A stretch of DNA of 63,658 bases, counting the filler, from Reticulomyxa filosa (taxonomy: Eukaryota; Protista; Foraminifera), in NCBI GenBank assembly GCA_000512085.1. It is 18 parts of 18 records of this genome, joined end to end, with 100 filler letters (N's around TTAATTAATTAA, not from the genome) between each part and the next. Parts side by side here need not be neighbours in the genome. Positions count along the whole stretch, not along the records: positions 12,136 to 24,922 come from ASPP01026287.1; positions 25,023 to 26,202 come from ASPP01002240.1; 16 more parts are not named here. The stretch is one strand, 5' to 3'. Every line of letters starts with the position of its first letter. Within the stretch, counting starts at the first letter, position 1. This document shows positions 13,207-26,302 of the stretch, piece by piece. The notes beneath the pieces are model-generated. The model made no database searches, was not told the origin of the DNA, and was given only the letters and a program-made list of their open reading frames with translations. The position numbers and the translations under genes are program-made.

Positions 13207-15520
13207 ATGTCAACAGCTCCTTTACCAACGACATTAAATGCTCCTTTGCCTTGTGGCATTCCATCCGTAGTTCCAATTCATGCTTCGTTGCCACAAATTC
13301 GAGAAAAAGACAACACAAAAGAAATGTTTTATATCCAATTTAAATACCGAAGTCATGGAAAGCAATTTATTGCAGGCCACTTGCAAGACAAGTACAACTT
13401 GGAGGAGATTCCGTTTCATCACTTACCAAACAAAAGAGTAATATTTTATTGGCTGCAACGAGAATATCAATATAATGAAGAGCAAGTGTTTGATCTGAAG
13501 AGTATGGAAGAGGTCATGCCATGCATTGCTTACATTCCCTCCCAAGGACTGTTATGCGAAAAAGCGAAGATGGCAAAGGTGTTATACCAATATCATGGCG
13601 ATTACGCTTGGACATTTGTGCCAAGAACCTATTACATTAAATATGATTTCCACACAAAAGCATGGGATGTATCATCTATCAAGAAACTATTTCAAGTTGC
13701 AATTAAACAAAACAAAAAATAAAAATAAAAATTAAAAAAAGAAAAGATACCAACAGTATGTATAAGTTGTAATGTCAATGTTGTATTATTTTGACGAACG
13801 AATAGGAAAAATCGGAGAAAGATGTGTGGATCGTTAAGTCCAGCTTAGGTGCTCTTGGTTATGAAGTTCATTTGTTTGAAGGAAATGACATCGAAAAATT
13901 GCACACGTTGTTGAAAGAGAAATACGTCCCAGAAAACTGGCGTGACATTGTCCAGCAGTTTTCTAAAGAATTGATGGTCGAAACGGTTATCATTCAAGAA
14001 TACATTACGTTTTGAAATAATGCAAACACAATACATACATAAAAATATATAATATATAGTTTACAATATATAATTTACAATATATATATATGTATACGTA
14101 TTGCACATTTTCAAAATTGAAAAAAAAAAATTATTCAATGAACCAATAAATCAATAAACCAAAATGAACATACAGAAAACCATTGCTGTTTAAAAAGCAT
14201 TACAAGTTTGACTTGAGAATGTATGTGTTGACGGCGTCAACGAATCCGACAGTGGTGTTTTATCACTCCGGGAAAATGAGGATCTGTGGTGTGAAATACA
14301 CGGAAGACTTTTCTGAAAATGCAAAATGGGGGCACATCACCAATTGCAAAATTCAACGGGAGCATGAGAATTTTGAGCACACAAAGCAAAGCATTGACGG
14401 ACAGGAAATGTTGTCCGATTGGGAGGGATTTGTCAAGTTTATGCATGAATTGTGTGTCGAGGAAGACCACTTTGGTATTGAGTGGTATGAAGACAAGAAA
14501 ACTAAGAAAGTTGAGTTATTCTTGTTGCTGTTGTTTTTTTTTTCCTTGAGATATACTTATTCATTGTGATAAAGTATTGTAAATGCCGAATTGAGTAATT
14601 GAACTCATATGTAACAACTTACCAAAAAAAAAAAGGAACAAGGTACATTGACTGTTGAGGATGTGGGTGAATTGATCGACATAAAATGCAAACGGATCAT
14701 TCGAGACTTGTGCGACAGCGTGGGCAGGCTGAATGACAAGGAAAGCATTGAGCTGCGACGACCTTGTCAATTTACCTTTCACGGGATCGATGTGATTATG
14801 GACGACAGTGGCAACATGTGGCTGCTGGAGGTCAATCGATGCGCAAGTATTTCTTTGGTCGGGTTTGAAAACATCCGCGAAATGACAAAGAGGATGCTGG
14901 CCGAAATGGTCGACATTTGTTTCGAAATTCGAAATATCAAAAAATCGGGGCGAGTCTTTGATCAAGACACTCCGCTTTCCTCACAAAAGTGTTGGCAAAG
15001 AGTCCCTTTGACCTATTTACAAAAAGAACCTTTTTCGATTGTTGATGAAAAGTTTTGTCGCTGCATTCTCGTTCATTTAATTTATATTTATTCGTTATCT
15101 ATTACTCTTTATTATTTTGTCACTCTTTCGTAGAACAATGGAGTTGGACGTGCAAATCCAAGAAACAGAACAGAAGGTCGACGACTCAAACAAAGTTGAC
15201 TCTATCTTTTTTTTTTTTGATACATGCTCATTCATCCAAAAATAATTTGCTCTTTGTTGAATCACAAATTTAACAACTTGTGTCCCAAATGAATAAGACT
15301 TCCAAGGTAAACTCGTCGTATATGGATAAACTCGAAGCGACTCAAGAAATGCTTAAACAGGACTACGCCAAACTCCAGGAAGAGTTTGCAAAACTTCAGG
15401 TTTTTGTTTTGTACTTTTATTAGATATTGCAAAAAATAGACTTTTTACTAATCTTATTATCGCTTTGTTTGTTGCTTGCTTTCAACAGAAAAGTGGCGGA
15501 AAAACAGGAAAATGAAAAAT
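13207..15520 (+). CDS. Tubulin-tyrosine ligase-like (TTLL) protein
   Basis: FVPRTY, WIVKS, IIQEYITKPLL..KFDLRMYVL, HITN, FHGIDVIMDDSGNMWLLEVN. Phase-consistent introns at 13696-13805, 14009-14175, 14510-14635 and 15052-15133; C-terminal coiled coil; exact 3' end uncertain. Confidence 0.9.
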
Positions 15521-15967
15521 TTTACAAAAGAAATAATTCTATTTTGTATGCAATTGATTTGGTTGTTTGTGGAAGTCTTTTTGGAAGTGTTTTCATTGTT
15601 TTTTGTTTTGTGTTTTTTTGTTTTGGCACGGGTCAGTAAAAGTGCTTTTTGGTGTGATGTATTGGGGTGAAACACCGTTTGGAGAATACAAATTTTGTTG
15701 ATTGTTGTGATATCCAAGGTATTTCCACAACAACTATTCAAGGCAGACCGTTAGTTTGACGGGTCAATTCCCCAAATTGACCTAAATACAAGATTTATTT
15801 TGCAAATGTGTCCCACAAATATATTTATTTCAGTTGAAACAAAGGGCAACTATTGACATCAAATATCTTTGTTTTCTTTTGCTAAGATAAGAACCAGGTC
15901 ATACAGCTGCACGAAACCTTGGGTGGCGTCTTTGAAAAAAATATTGGTTGCCCGAAATAATAGAGAA

Positions 15968-17012
15968 ATGTCTAAAGCAGAAACCAAATCCCATAATTAC
16001 ACGAATCTTGACTATATTATCAAACCAAAGAGTACTCATACTGCTACTGTCAGTTATGTGGCACTTGACAACGACTGTGTTTTTTCTGCGTTTGATGAAA
16101 AATATGGCTGTGGAACACTGAACTTGACATAAAAAATTTCATGTGAATAGTATTCATGCATGGATTAGGTGACACTCCAAAAGGCGGGTGGTCACGTGAA
16201 TTTGACGGCATAGCCAAGACATACTCACACGTGAAGTTTATATTGCCATGTGCTCCAATTCAAAGTGTAACACTAAACGGAGGTGCCAAAATGACATCGT
16301 GGCACGATATCCAATCGTTGACCAAATTATTAAATAACGATTTTAAAGGAAAAAACGAATCATTAAAATTGATCTCGTCAATAATCGATGACGAAATTAC
16401 AAGCCACAGTATTTCGGCTGATCGTATCTTGTTGGCTGGATTTTCGCAAGGTTTTTAAGTTTGTTTTTATGTTATTAAAGTAATTGCTTAAGCATATGTT
16501 CTCTTTGTCCGTCATATGCAAAAAAATTTTTATAACATATTTGTATATGTACATAATTCGTAATAATATGAAATGTAATAGGTGGTGCAATGAGCATATT
16601 TACAGGGCTACAATATCCAAAAAAATTGGCAGGGATTATTTCACTAAGTGGCTATTTGTGTGATTTCAGTATGGAAAAGTTGATTCATGAACAGAATAAA
16701 AAAACGCCAATATTCCTATTTCACGCTGAGCACGATAATGTAGTGCGAAAAGAATTTGGTATGATCAACGTGCAGGGTCATGTTCATTCATTTATGTTGG
16801 TTTTTTTTTTGTTTGCTTTGTTTTGGGTTTCAGGGGAAAAGACGTCCGAATATTTGAAAAAAGTTGGATGCACTGTAACGTGGAAAACGTATAATATTTT
16901 TTACCATGGCTGCGATGAGGAAGAAATGCGAGACATGATCACAGAAATCGGAAAATTGTTACCCAATGATAAAAAGCAAGATACAAAGAGCACTGAAAAA
17001 AGTAAAGAGTAA
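15968..17012 (+). CDS. Acyl-protein thioesterase / lysophospholipase (APT1/LYPLA family)
   Basis: TATVIFMHGLGDT, APIQSVTLNGG..SWHDI, GFSQGGAM (Ser), HDNVV (Asp), YHGC (His). Introns at 16053-16150, 16451-16581 and ~16759-16833. Confidence 0.93.
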
Positions 17013-18138
17013 AAACAACTCTATTAACTTTTACATAAACTCCAAGCTATGCGATCAACAATTAATTTTTTTGTGCTAGTAAGAAATACATTTATCTGAA
17101 AAATGATTTCTCAATTTATTCTTGTTAAGAACAAAATTTACTGTGTTTGAATGTTTGTCTTCTTGTTCAAAATCAATTTTCAAGTAAGAAAATTAAGCAA
17201 TTGCATGGTTTACATGTCACTTTAAAAAAATTTCAAAAAAAGCTTTTTTACGCATGTTTTATGATTGATTTGAGGACATATTTTTTGTAATCGATTAATA
17301 CGATAAAGTGTCGCCAACAGTATAATATCAATATTTCTTGGTCTTTGTTCAAGCTATTTCAATATAATATCACAAACAAATCAAATTTTATAAAGAATTA
17401 AAACATAAAAAAATATAACATAAATATAAAAGTGATGAAATGCTTGCATGCTGCACGCATTCAAATATATGGCACCAACTAACGTCTCTATTAGAACAAA
17501 CCATATGCCAAGAGACTTGTGGCCATACCAGTGGCAGGTTATATTGCAAACATGCGCTGAAGCTACAACACATTGGTCGCAGCTCACAAAAAAGACATAA
17601 CACATAGTACGCTACTTTATGAAAATAATCGATTTTCCAGAAAAATACACCAATATTTTCAAAAATATTTACAAATGTTGTAGTTTTCAAATATGAAATT
17701 GTATTAAAACCAGTATTTACATAAAAGATCTAAAAAAACAAAGTCGCATATCTCGGCTTACTTCTTTTATTTCTGGTGTTGTGCTTTAATAATAGTATTT
17801 ATTGTACATGGATCATAATTGGGCTACCATAAGATTTTATTTAAATATTACAAAACTTTTGATACTCTTGACTAAAAAAATTATGCTAAATATCATCTTG
17901 CTAAATTTTAAAATTCTATTTTAATTAGATCTTGTAACTATTTCTCAACACTCAATTGTTAATAAAAAATAAAATTTGCGCTTTTGAAAAAAGTACAATG
18001 AAAGCATAAAGATGAATTGTTTGAGGTACAAAAAACGACTTTGCTGTTGCTGGATAGTCCCTTTCGTTGCTGTGAACATTTAATATAAATTTTTTAAGCT
18101 TATTCCATAAATCCTACAAAACTAAAAAAGATATTGGG

Positions 18139-21100
18139 ATGCAAGGTTTTTCAACATCCTCATTCAGCATACTAAAAGAAGCCCGTTCAAGTGTAAACGC
18201 CCCTGTTTTGTTCACCAAAGAGTATCAGCAAATCGTCTCGACCAATATTCAACAAAAATATCAATATCCGCCAACAGACGATCCTACACAGGTGCCATTT
18301 CATTAATTTCCAAATAATTAACAATACTATGTAGTACAAACCTTTACAAAAAAACAAAAAAACGGCAATGGTAAGAAGGTCGAACGATCGTTTGAAAATG
18401 GAATTTTGCCTGTTGAGTCATTCCAAGAGAATTTATTTGAATGTTTGATGTGTGACCCTTGAAACTAAAAAAAAATTTTTTGGTAAATTTTTTGAAATCA
18501 ACACAAATCAAAAAAAAAAAGATATACTTACCAGAAATTCCAATAAAACAAAAAATTGAAGCAATGTATTTTTCGAGTTTAGCAAAAATCCTATGCACAA
18601 CTTTTTTTTCTATCTTTGCAAAAAAAAAAAAAAAAAAAAAAAAGTGAAATAATACGTATACACATAACATACACGAATATGCACAAGAATGAACATTGTG
18701 TTTGAATGGATCAGGAAAGTCGAACCATGACTGTCCGGCGTGTGACAAAAAATATAACTGTTGGCCGACTAATAGCGGCTGTAAGTCACAGCATTGGATG
18801 GTCGATCCTTGCGATGACAACAAGCCGACGACAACGACAATGACAACAACGATGACAGCGACGACGACGACGACAGCGACGACAACAACGACGAAGACGA
18901 AGAAGAAAAAGATGAAAAGCCACAAATGCGTGGAGACAGATGCGACATGTGCACTTGGAATGGGGTTTGATGTCAACATGGATCTGGACTTGGACTTGAA
19001 TTTGAATCAGCCACAAAACGGTAACAAAGACAAGCCGGACCACGAAAAGGCATCAAAAAGCTGCCATGGCATTTGTAAACTGCCGCCGCTCTTGTCCGAA
19101 GACAAATGTGTCCACACACAGTCCGCCAATCAGAAGGTCATGCATGGAGTCATGATCCGTGCCGATAATCGAAATAATGCTGCCAATTGTCATAATTGCA
19201 AGGAAAGATCTGTTGATCGATCTGGTAAAATTAAATATAAACATATATGTATATGTGTGTGTGTGTATAATGTGTTTTAAAAGATAAAATAAAGAAAATT
19301 CTTTTTTTTACAAAAAAAAAAAAAAAAAAACAAAACAATACAATAAGACGTGGTCACGTTGAGTCCATTGAAAATAATGGCGACAAGCAAAGCGGATAAC
19401 TCGCTCAGCTTGGAATGGAAGAAAGAAAGTACGGAAGCTCCAACTGCGGCGAACGCGGAAGGTGAGCATGTCAGTGACGAATACACGATTGAAATGAGCG
19501 TCCAGTCGGGACACTTGCATGTCCCTTGGACTGTCATTTACAAAGGCGTCACTCTGAAATACACCATTCCGAATTTGCTGCCTGGGGTGAGGTACTCCTT
19601 TCGCGGCAAATATGCGTCCTGGTCCGGCATCAGCAAGTGGTCGTCCGTCGTGCATTTCAAGACGAATGGATTACAAAGTTTTGTTGCAATTTTCACTACT
19701 ATTATGCCGATATGTGCAGTTTTTGTTTTTTTTTTTTTTTAAACATGCATTTTTAATGTAAATAAATAAATGCGTGTACATATATGTATATATGCATACA
19801 TGTACATACATATATGTTATATTATTATCTTTTTTTTTTTGTAAAGAAAATGACCCAAAGAAAAAGCATCCACCAGTGCACTCGAATTTGGAAATAATCG
19901 AATTACAAAAAAACTTGAAAAAACAACAACAGAAACGTCGAAAAGAACTGGAGTTACAAAAGCAACGCCAGCAACACATTGAAAATGAAAAAAACAAACA
20001 AATGCAAAAGCATAAGCAAGAACAAGAAGAAAAGCAGAGAGAATTGGAAAAAAAGCAACGCGAAGAGATGCTCAAAAAAGCCGAGGATGATGCCTACGAA
20101 GAAGTTTTGAGTTCACTGAATTATTTTTTTTAATTATTTTATTCTGCTTTGTTTTATTATTATTATTATTATTTTTTTTTAAAGTTATTGTTTCAATTGA
20201 TCCAACGTTTTGTCGTTGGAATAATGGATATGTATGATGACTTAGGCATTGCGACTTCGGAAGGAAGAGTTGGAGCGAATGTCGCAGTCCAAGTGGGACG
20301 TGACCGACCAAATAGGCAAAAAATCCAACACACAAAAAGATGAAAAAGACGGAACGAAAAAACCCGATGAGCATGTGACATCCCTTGACGTCAATAAACG
20401 TTGTTCGAAAAAAACATCCAATGCGAAGGTCCATTCAAATGGCACTCTGCACAGTGCCAAAGTGGAGGGACGGAAGACCAATGACTCGGGGCTCCCATCT
20501 GCGCTGCCAAGCCAAAAAAAGAAGCACGTGCACACTTCTGTCGTGCTTTCTCAATCGCAAAACGGACATTCACACAAATCATTACCGGCAATGCCTAAGA
20601 AGCCACAGCCGTCCGCTATGCCCTCCAAAGAAGACGCTGGCTCTTTGCAACAAAAGCGGACGCAACGAGAACCGTCCAGCCACCACAAAAAACACACAGG
20701 AGCGGACGTGACTCTTCACAATAAATCCGTCACTTCGTTCAAAAATGAAAGTGTCCATTCCATTTCTCACAATGTTGATGCTACCAATAATAATAATAAT
20801 AATAATAACAAATTCAATGGCAAAACCACGAATGGCACACGCAATCATCACAACTCGAGCACTAAAAACACAGATCAGCAAAACAACAAAAAAAAACGCA
20901 AACGAAAAAACAAGCAAAAAAAAAGTAACCAAATGTCGATAGCAAAGCCATAATTGGAGCATCATCTTCAAACACGGCTCACTCCTCCGACAGGAAACAG
21001 GCCTCTCCCTCCCTTTCCCCTCCGCCCATTTTCCCCCATCCTAAGCTCTTGTTTGTTTGGAATCTACTTCGCGGTGATGAAAGTCACTGTCCTGTTACAG

Positions 21101-23311
21101 CCGATGCTGAACACAGTGTCAATGAAAAAGAGCAACACCATCATCAACCCGTTGGCGTACATTATCACTACAACGATAATAATAATAATAATAATAATAA
21201 TAAAAGATTTCATGCCAATCCTATCAATACAAAGATACCTCAAAATGAACCCTATTTTGTCCCTTCTTTTTCACGCGCTCATCACAGCAATGGCGAGACA
21301 AAGACAAAGACATCTCCATTCAATTGCCCCTCTGGCGTCGAATACTGGCCGCATTTGAATTCTTTTGAATTGGAAAGGAAGGAACTCGATCAAACTTGGA
21401 TAGATCACACATTGTCGTATGTTCCGAGAAAAGGAGACGTCCAACACAAGCAAAACGACGGCTCTTTGTGTGCGACCATGGAACAACCTGCGCTTCCTTC
21501 ACACGTTTGTGCACTACCGTTCAACAGTTCTCACGACGTAGAGTTTCCAGACAATGACTATCACTCTCCTCATCTCTCCATACGAAATGACCCCAATTCG
21601 ACGGCGCCATCCGACTGGACGGCCTTGTCCGCACTCACGGCCACAACAACAGCAACCAACATCGACAATCGTGACGATCAGGTCCACTTGCAGTACTATT
21701 TGCTTAACGGGTCCGACATAAATCATATTCGTCAAAATTCGAGCTCTGGGACAGTTGTTGGTGAAAAAAAAAAAAAAAAAAAAAAAGATACACACATTCC
21801 CGCACATGCATACAAATGAGTTCATTTGTTGTTGTTTGAACAGCAAGCAACAAGGTGTGTTGGGCTGTTTGGTGCATGCTCAGACGACAAGCAACAGACG
21901 AGTCAAGGCATTTCAAGAGGAGAGGAGGATGAGGAAGAAGAAGAAGAAGACGAAGGAGATTTTGATGACGATGACGAGAATCATGAAACTGATGATGATG
22001 AAGATATAATGAACCAAACCCTTCACGATGTCTTAAACACAGCATTGTGGCGTCAGTTTGAAATGAACGACAGCGAACACAACCCTCTGCCTTTGCCAAA
22101 GGAGCTGGATGTGGATGACGTTTCCGCTGACAAATGTCCATTTGTGGTGCCAACAACAACGGGTCAAACGTTTAATCCATCCATGAATTTGCTTCATGTC
22201 AATAACAACAATAATAATGATAACGAGGACGAAGAAAATGAATATGATGACGATGATAATGTCAACGATATGGCCATGCTAAATATCGACGGCATCCTCT
22301 GCGACGAGAATAATACCACTGTGGCTGCTTTAAACGCATTGTGGGACGAAACTTCTGAAGGGGACACTTTCGTGCACTATGACAATGACAATGACAATGA
22401 CAATGGCAATGGCAATGATAATGACAACGATAACAACAACAACAACGACTTGCACGGGGTCAAAGGTGATGTCAATCACAACAACAACAACGACAACAAC
22501 GACAACAATGCCCACCCTTTTGCTGTCGCTAATATCAATGCCAATGTCAATGGCTCTTGCCACGACGAAGGTGTACAACACTTGCTGCCTCAATCGTTGT
22601 GGGACATGCTATCCGCGGACCACAGCAGCAAAGAAGTGTCGCCGTCTCCCGGACAAAAGGAATCTCTCTCATCTTCCCGAAATCCATGCCAAGAAAAGCC
22701 TTCCCAGCAGCTACATATGGAAGCCCTCAATGGCAATTGCAGTTCTTTTGTCGTTGGACGTGAACAAAACATTCGAGGTATGTAAATCAAACATGTCGCA
22801 CTCACTCTTGAAGATTTGTGTGATGATCCAATTTGAAGGGAAGAGGGAAAATTTTGCCTCCATTTTTTACATCTATATGTCCATGTGTTGTGTACGAGAT
22901 TCCCGAAAAGGTGATGGTGATCTCTCATCGCCCGACTCACACGATCTTAGCCACCCATCGCAAGTGTCTTGTTGCAGTCCTCAAAAAAAGGATCTCAATA
23001 ATACTGCTTTCACTGACGACTGTTGGAACGCATTTGATCAGTCGGGTGGCTATCACGTTTTCAACAATTACAGTCACACGAACCAAACTTACATCACACA
23101 ACATAAAAACAATTCTTCTGGTGGCGCCGTAGCTGTCAAAAAAGCACAAATGCTGCCATCCCAACTACCTATGCAATCCTCGTTTCATCGCTCCTCACCT
23201 CCTCGCATCACTCACGAGCCCTACTCTGATGGCCACCAGAGTGCCTCTTTTCATAACGATGGAAAATACACTGTCCTTCAAAACTCAAAAAAAACAAAAA
23301 GAAAGGAGTGA
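18139..23311 (+). CDS. Large multi-exon protein: fibronectin type III domain, coiled coil, long low-complexity C-terminus
   Basis: FN3 at 19350-19670 (SLSLEW..YTIEM..WTVIYKG..YTIPNLLPGVRYSFR..GISKWS); Q/K/E coiled coil at 19850-20100. Exon chaining is inferred and boundaries are uncertain. Confidence 0.6.
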
Positions 23312-23959
23312 CATTTTATAAATAAAAAAAAAGACAACAACAATAAATAACAATGAAGTAAATAAATGCGCATTAAAAAAAATTCCATTATTTTTTTTCC
23401 AGTTTCAGCCTATAGCTAAAAAATGTTTTCAAGATAGAAATCACAATCCATTGTGAAATGAAAAATGAAGGTATTTTCTAATTTGGATGACAATGGATCC
23501 AAAGACAACAAAAATTTAAAAATATAACATGCGTGCTTTTTTATTTTGAAACAGTGCAAAGTGGTTGTAATTTTTTTTTGGATTGTTTTCCAATTACTGA
23601 CCACTTTATTTGTTCCTTTTTCTCAGAACATTCTAGTTTTTGTCGTTTGTTTTGTTTTGTTCATTTTTCCAAAACATTGTCATTTGGTAAATAAATGTCT
23701 TACGACGAAGGATTACAAAAGTTTCTTGATCCGTATTCTATTTGCATTTTACGACGGTCAAGTTGAATTAGTGATACGCTCAAGAAAGTATATCCCAACC
23801 AACGTCAATATAATAACTACATCTATTCATATTATAGTAGTTTGTGATAACAAAGGCGTTGTGTGCCCGAGCAATTGAACGTGTTGGTTGCCGGATTAAT
23901 GTGTACCTCTTTCCCTAGGATATAAAAAAAACGTTGATTGTGCATATATTCGAAAAGAT

Positions 23960-24880
23960 ATGGGTGCCAAACCGTCAAAACCATATCCTCCTTTAGATGG
24001 TCGTGAATTCGAAGATCGAGCAGGAATCCCGCAGACATACAGAGAGTGGCTGGAGTTGAAAAAGAAGAATGACCAGAACAGATACGGATTCGGACCACAC
24101 TTGTGGTGTATTCACAACAAGCTGTACGACTTGCGTGGATTTTTGGCATCTCATCCGGGTGGTGAACAATGGTTGAAATTGACGCAAGGAACAGAGTGCA
24201 CAGCAGGTGACAACTGCAAAGACCTCTCTTTGTCCGTGGTACCTTTTTTTTTTTGGAAAAAAAAAAAGGGGGGTACTAAATCGAACAATCAAATAAACAA
24301 AAAAATTTTTTAAAAAAACATAGCATTTGAAACGCATCATCTCGACATAAAAAAAGTGTCAGCAATATTAGAAAAATATTACGTTGGTGAAAGCCTGAAA
24401 GTGGAAAGTGAGTTCGATTGGGACAATTCCAACAAGAAGAATTTCTTTGTGAGCCTGCGCGAAGAAGTGTTGGAGCACTTGCAAAAGAAGTATCCGAAAA
24501 ATGAATGGAAATATCCCCGTCTCCGAATGCATGTGTTGTCGGCGTGTGCATTTGCGTTGTGGAGCTATTCATTTTGGCTTTTGATCCGAAAGCCAAGTCT
24601 GAAAACGAGTACTTTTGCCGGACTATGTCTGCACCCCTTTCTCGGCGTGGGACATAACTTTTTCCATCAGGCCGATTTCAAGTCACGATTGGCGAATAAA
24701 AAGTGGCCCGTTCTGTCCAGCATTAGCGAGACTTGGTGGAGATATCTCTTTGATTTCACTGGATTCAGCTGGCGCGATTGGAGAATCTCTCACGTCTTAA
24801 GTCATCATGTCTTCATCAATTTAGATTCTGATTACGAAGTCAGTGCTCTTGAGCCCCTCATTCGTTTTATGGCTAATCAA
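23960..24880 (+). CDS. Cytochrome b5-fused fatty-acid-desaturase-like protein (Cyt-b5-related type), 3'-truncated
   Basis: LWCIHNKLYDL..HPGG heme motif; AFETHH after intron 24207-24323; His boxes GHNFFHQ and SHVLSHH. Confidence 0.9.
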
Positions 24881-25279
24881 GTTTTTTTTTTTTTTTTTTT
24901 TTTTTTTCTTTTTTTTTTTTTTNNNNNNNNNNNNNNNNNNNNNNNNNNNNNNNNNNNNNNNNNNNNTTAATTAATTAANNNNNNNNNNNNNNNNNNNNNN
25001 NNNNNNNNNNNNNNNNNNNNNNATAAGTAATAATGACTTTGTTTTGCATATATTTATTTACAAATAATAATAAACAGTCAAAAAATGAAATAAAATATAT
25101 TGTTATTGATTATTTTAACAAAATTATTACAAAATGCATTAAAATATTTGTTAAATATTGTTTTATTTTATAATCATCAAATTTATCAATTTTTTTTTTT
25201 TTTTTTAAAGTATTTTCGCAATAAATATTTTATGAATGTTAAATAAAATTATCATTGAAATCCTTAATTCAATTATATT

Positions 25280-25690
25280 TCTTGTTTTATAGATCAAATT
25301 ACTTGTCATTGAATCAAAAGAACCAATTGAATATAATAATTATTGATAAATTATCCAGAGTCATCAAATAATGGAATATATTCCTTTTAATTTTGAAAAA
25401 AAGTATAGATATTTGTAATGAACATTTTTTATTCACTTCAATTGCAAACAAGTATTGTAAAATAAAACTTATTCCAACTGAAATGTTTTTTTCAAATTAA
25501 AAATAAATTGAAAAAATATGATAGAATAATGAAAAATATGTATTGAATAATTTAGATAATGAACAAAATGTATCAAATAAAGATTATAGTTATCTATGTT
25601 AAATTAGATTATGTATGTCAAAATCATAAATCCATCCCATATTGAATAATTCAATGAATCTCTTTTTCTTTTCATTTCTTTAATCATAAA
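25280..25690 (-). pseudogene. Heavily degenerate WD40-family 5' remnant
   Basis: Minus strand gives ..FNMGWIYDFD.. and LFDTFCSLSKLFNT, matching GWIKDFD and MFDTFRSSKLINT of the gene at 55906-56275. Confidence 0.55.
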
Positions 25691-26302
25691 TTACAACAAA
25701 TACAATCAAAATCTGAAAACTTGAAAAAAAGTTTACAATTTCTAAATATATTGAATTTGTTTTTCATTGTTTTTAATTTTTTTTGTTTAGTTCGTTTAAT
25801 GTTGTTGTCTTTACTGATGAAATGGAAAATATTTTTTATAAAGATATTTAAAATCAATGTTTAAATAAGTTATAATAATATACTCACACTTCAACTAGGA
25901 TGCATGGATACAAATTTGTGTTATCCATTTTATCGATACACAGCAAATAATCACTTTTCATCCAATGGATATTCATTTGGAAAAGGAAAAAAAAAAATTA
26001 ATAACATTAATCTGTTTTATGGATTTGACAAAGGTATCATTAGTTTCGTTTTTAACATAAAAATTTTTTTTAATAGTAATATTAACATAAAGGATTAAAT
26101 ATTTTTAATTTTGATGATCTAAAACAACTAAACATAGAATAGGATCTCCTTAAATTTATGAATCTGGTTTTGAATAAGAATTTGTGTTCTGACTAAGAAA
26201 CTNNNNNNNNNNNNNNNNNNNNNNNNNNNNNNNNNNNNNNNNNNNNTTAATTAATTAANNNNNNNNNNNNNNNNNNNNNNNNNNNNNNNNNNNNNNNNNN
26301 NN

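Noticed and set aside
22379-22785. Poly-Thr/Met mucin-like ORF start
   Set aside because: Alternative frame of an Asn/Asp microsatellite exon.
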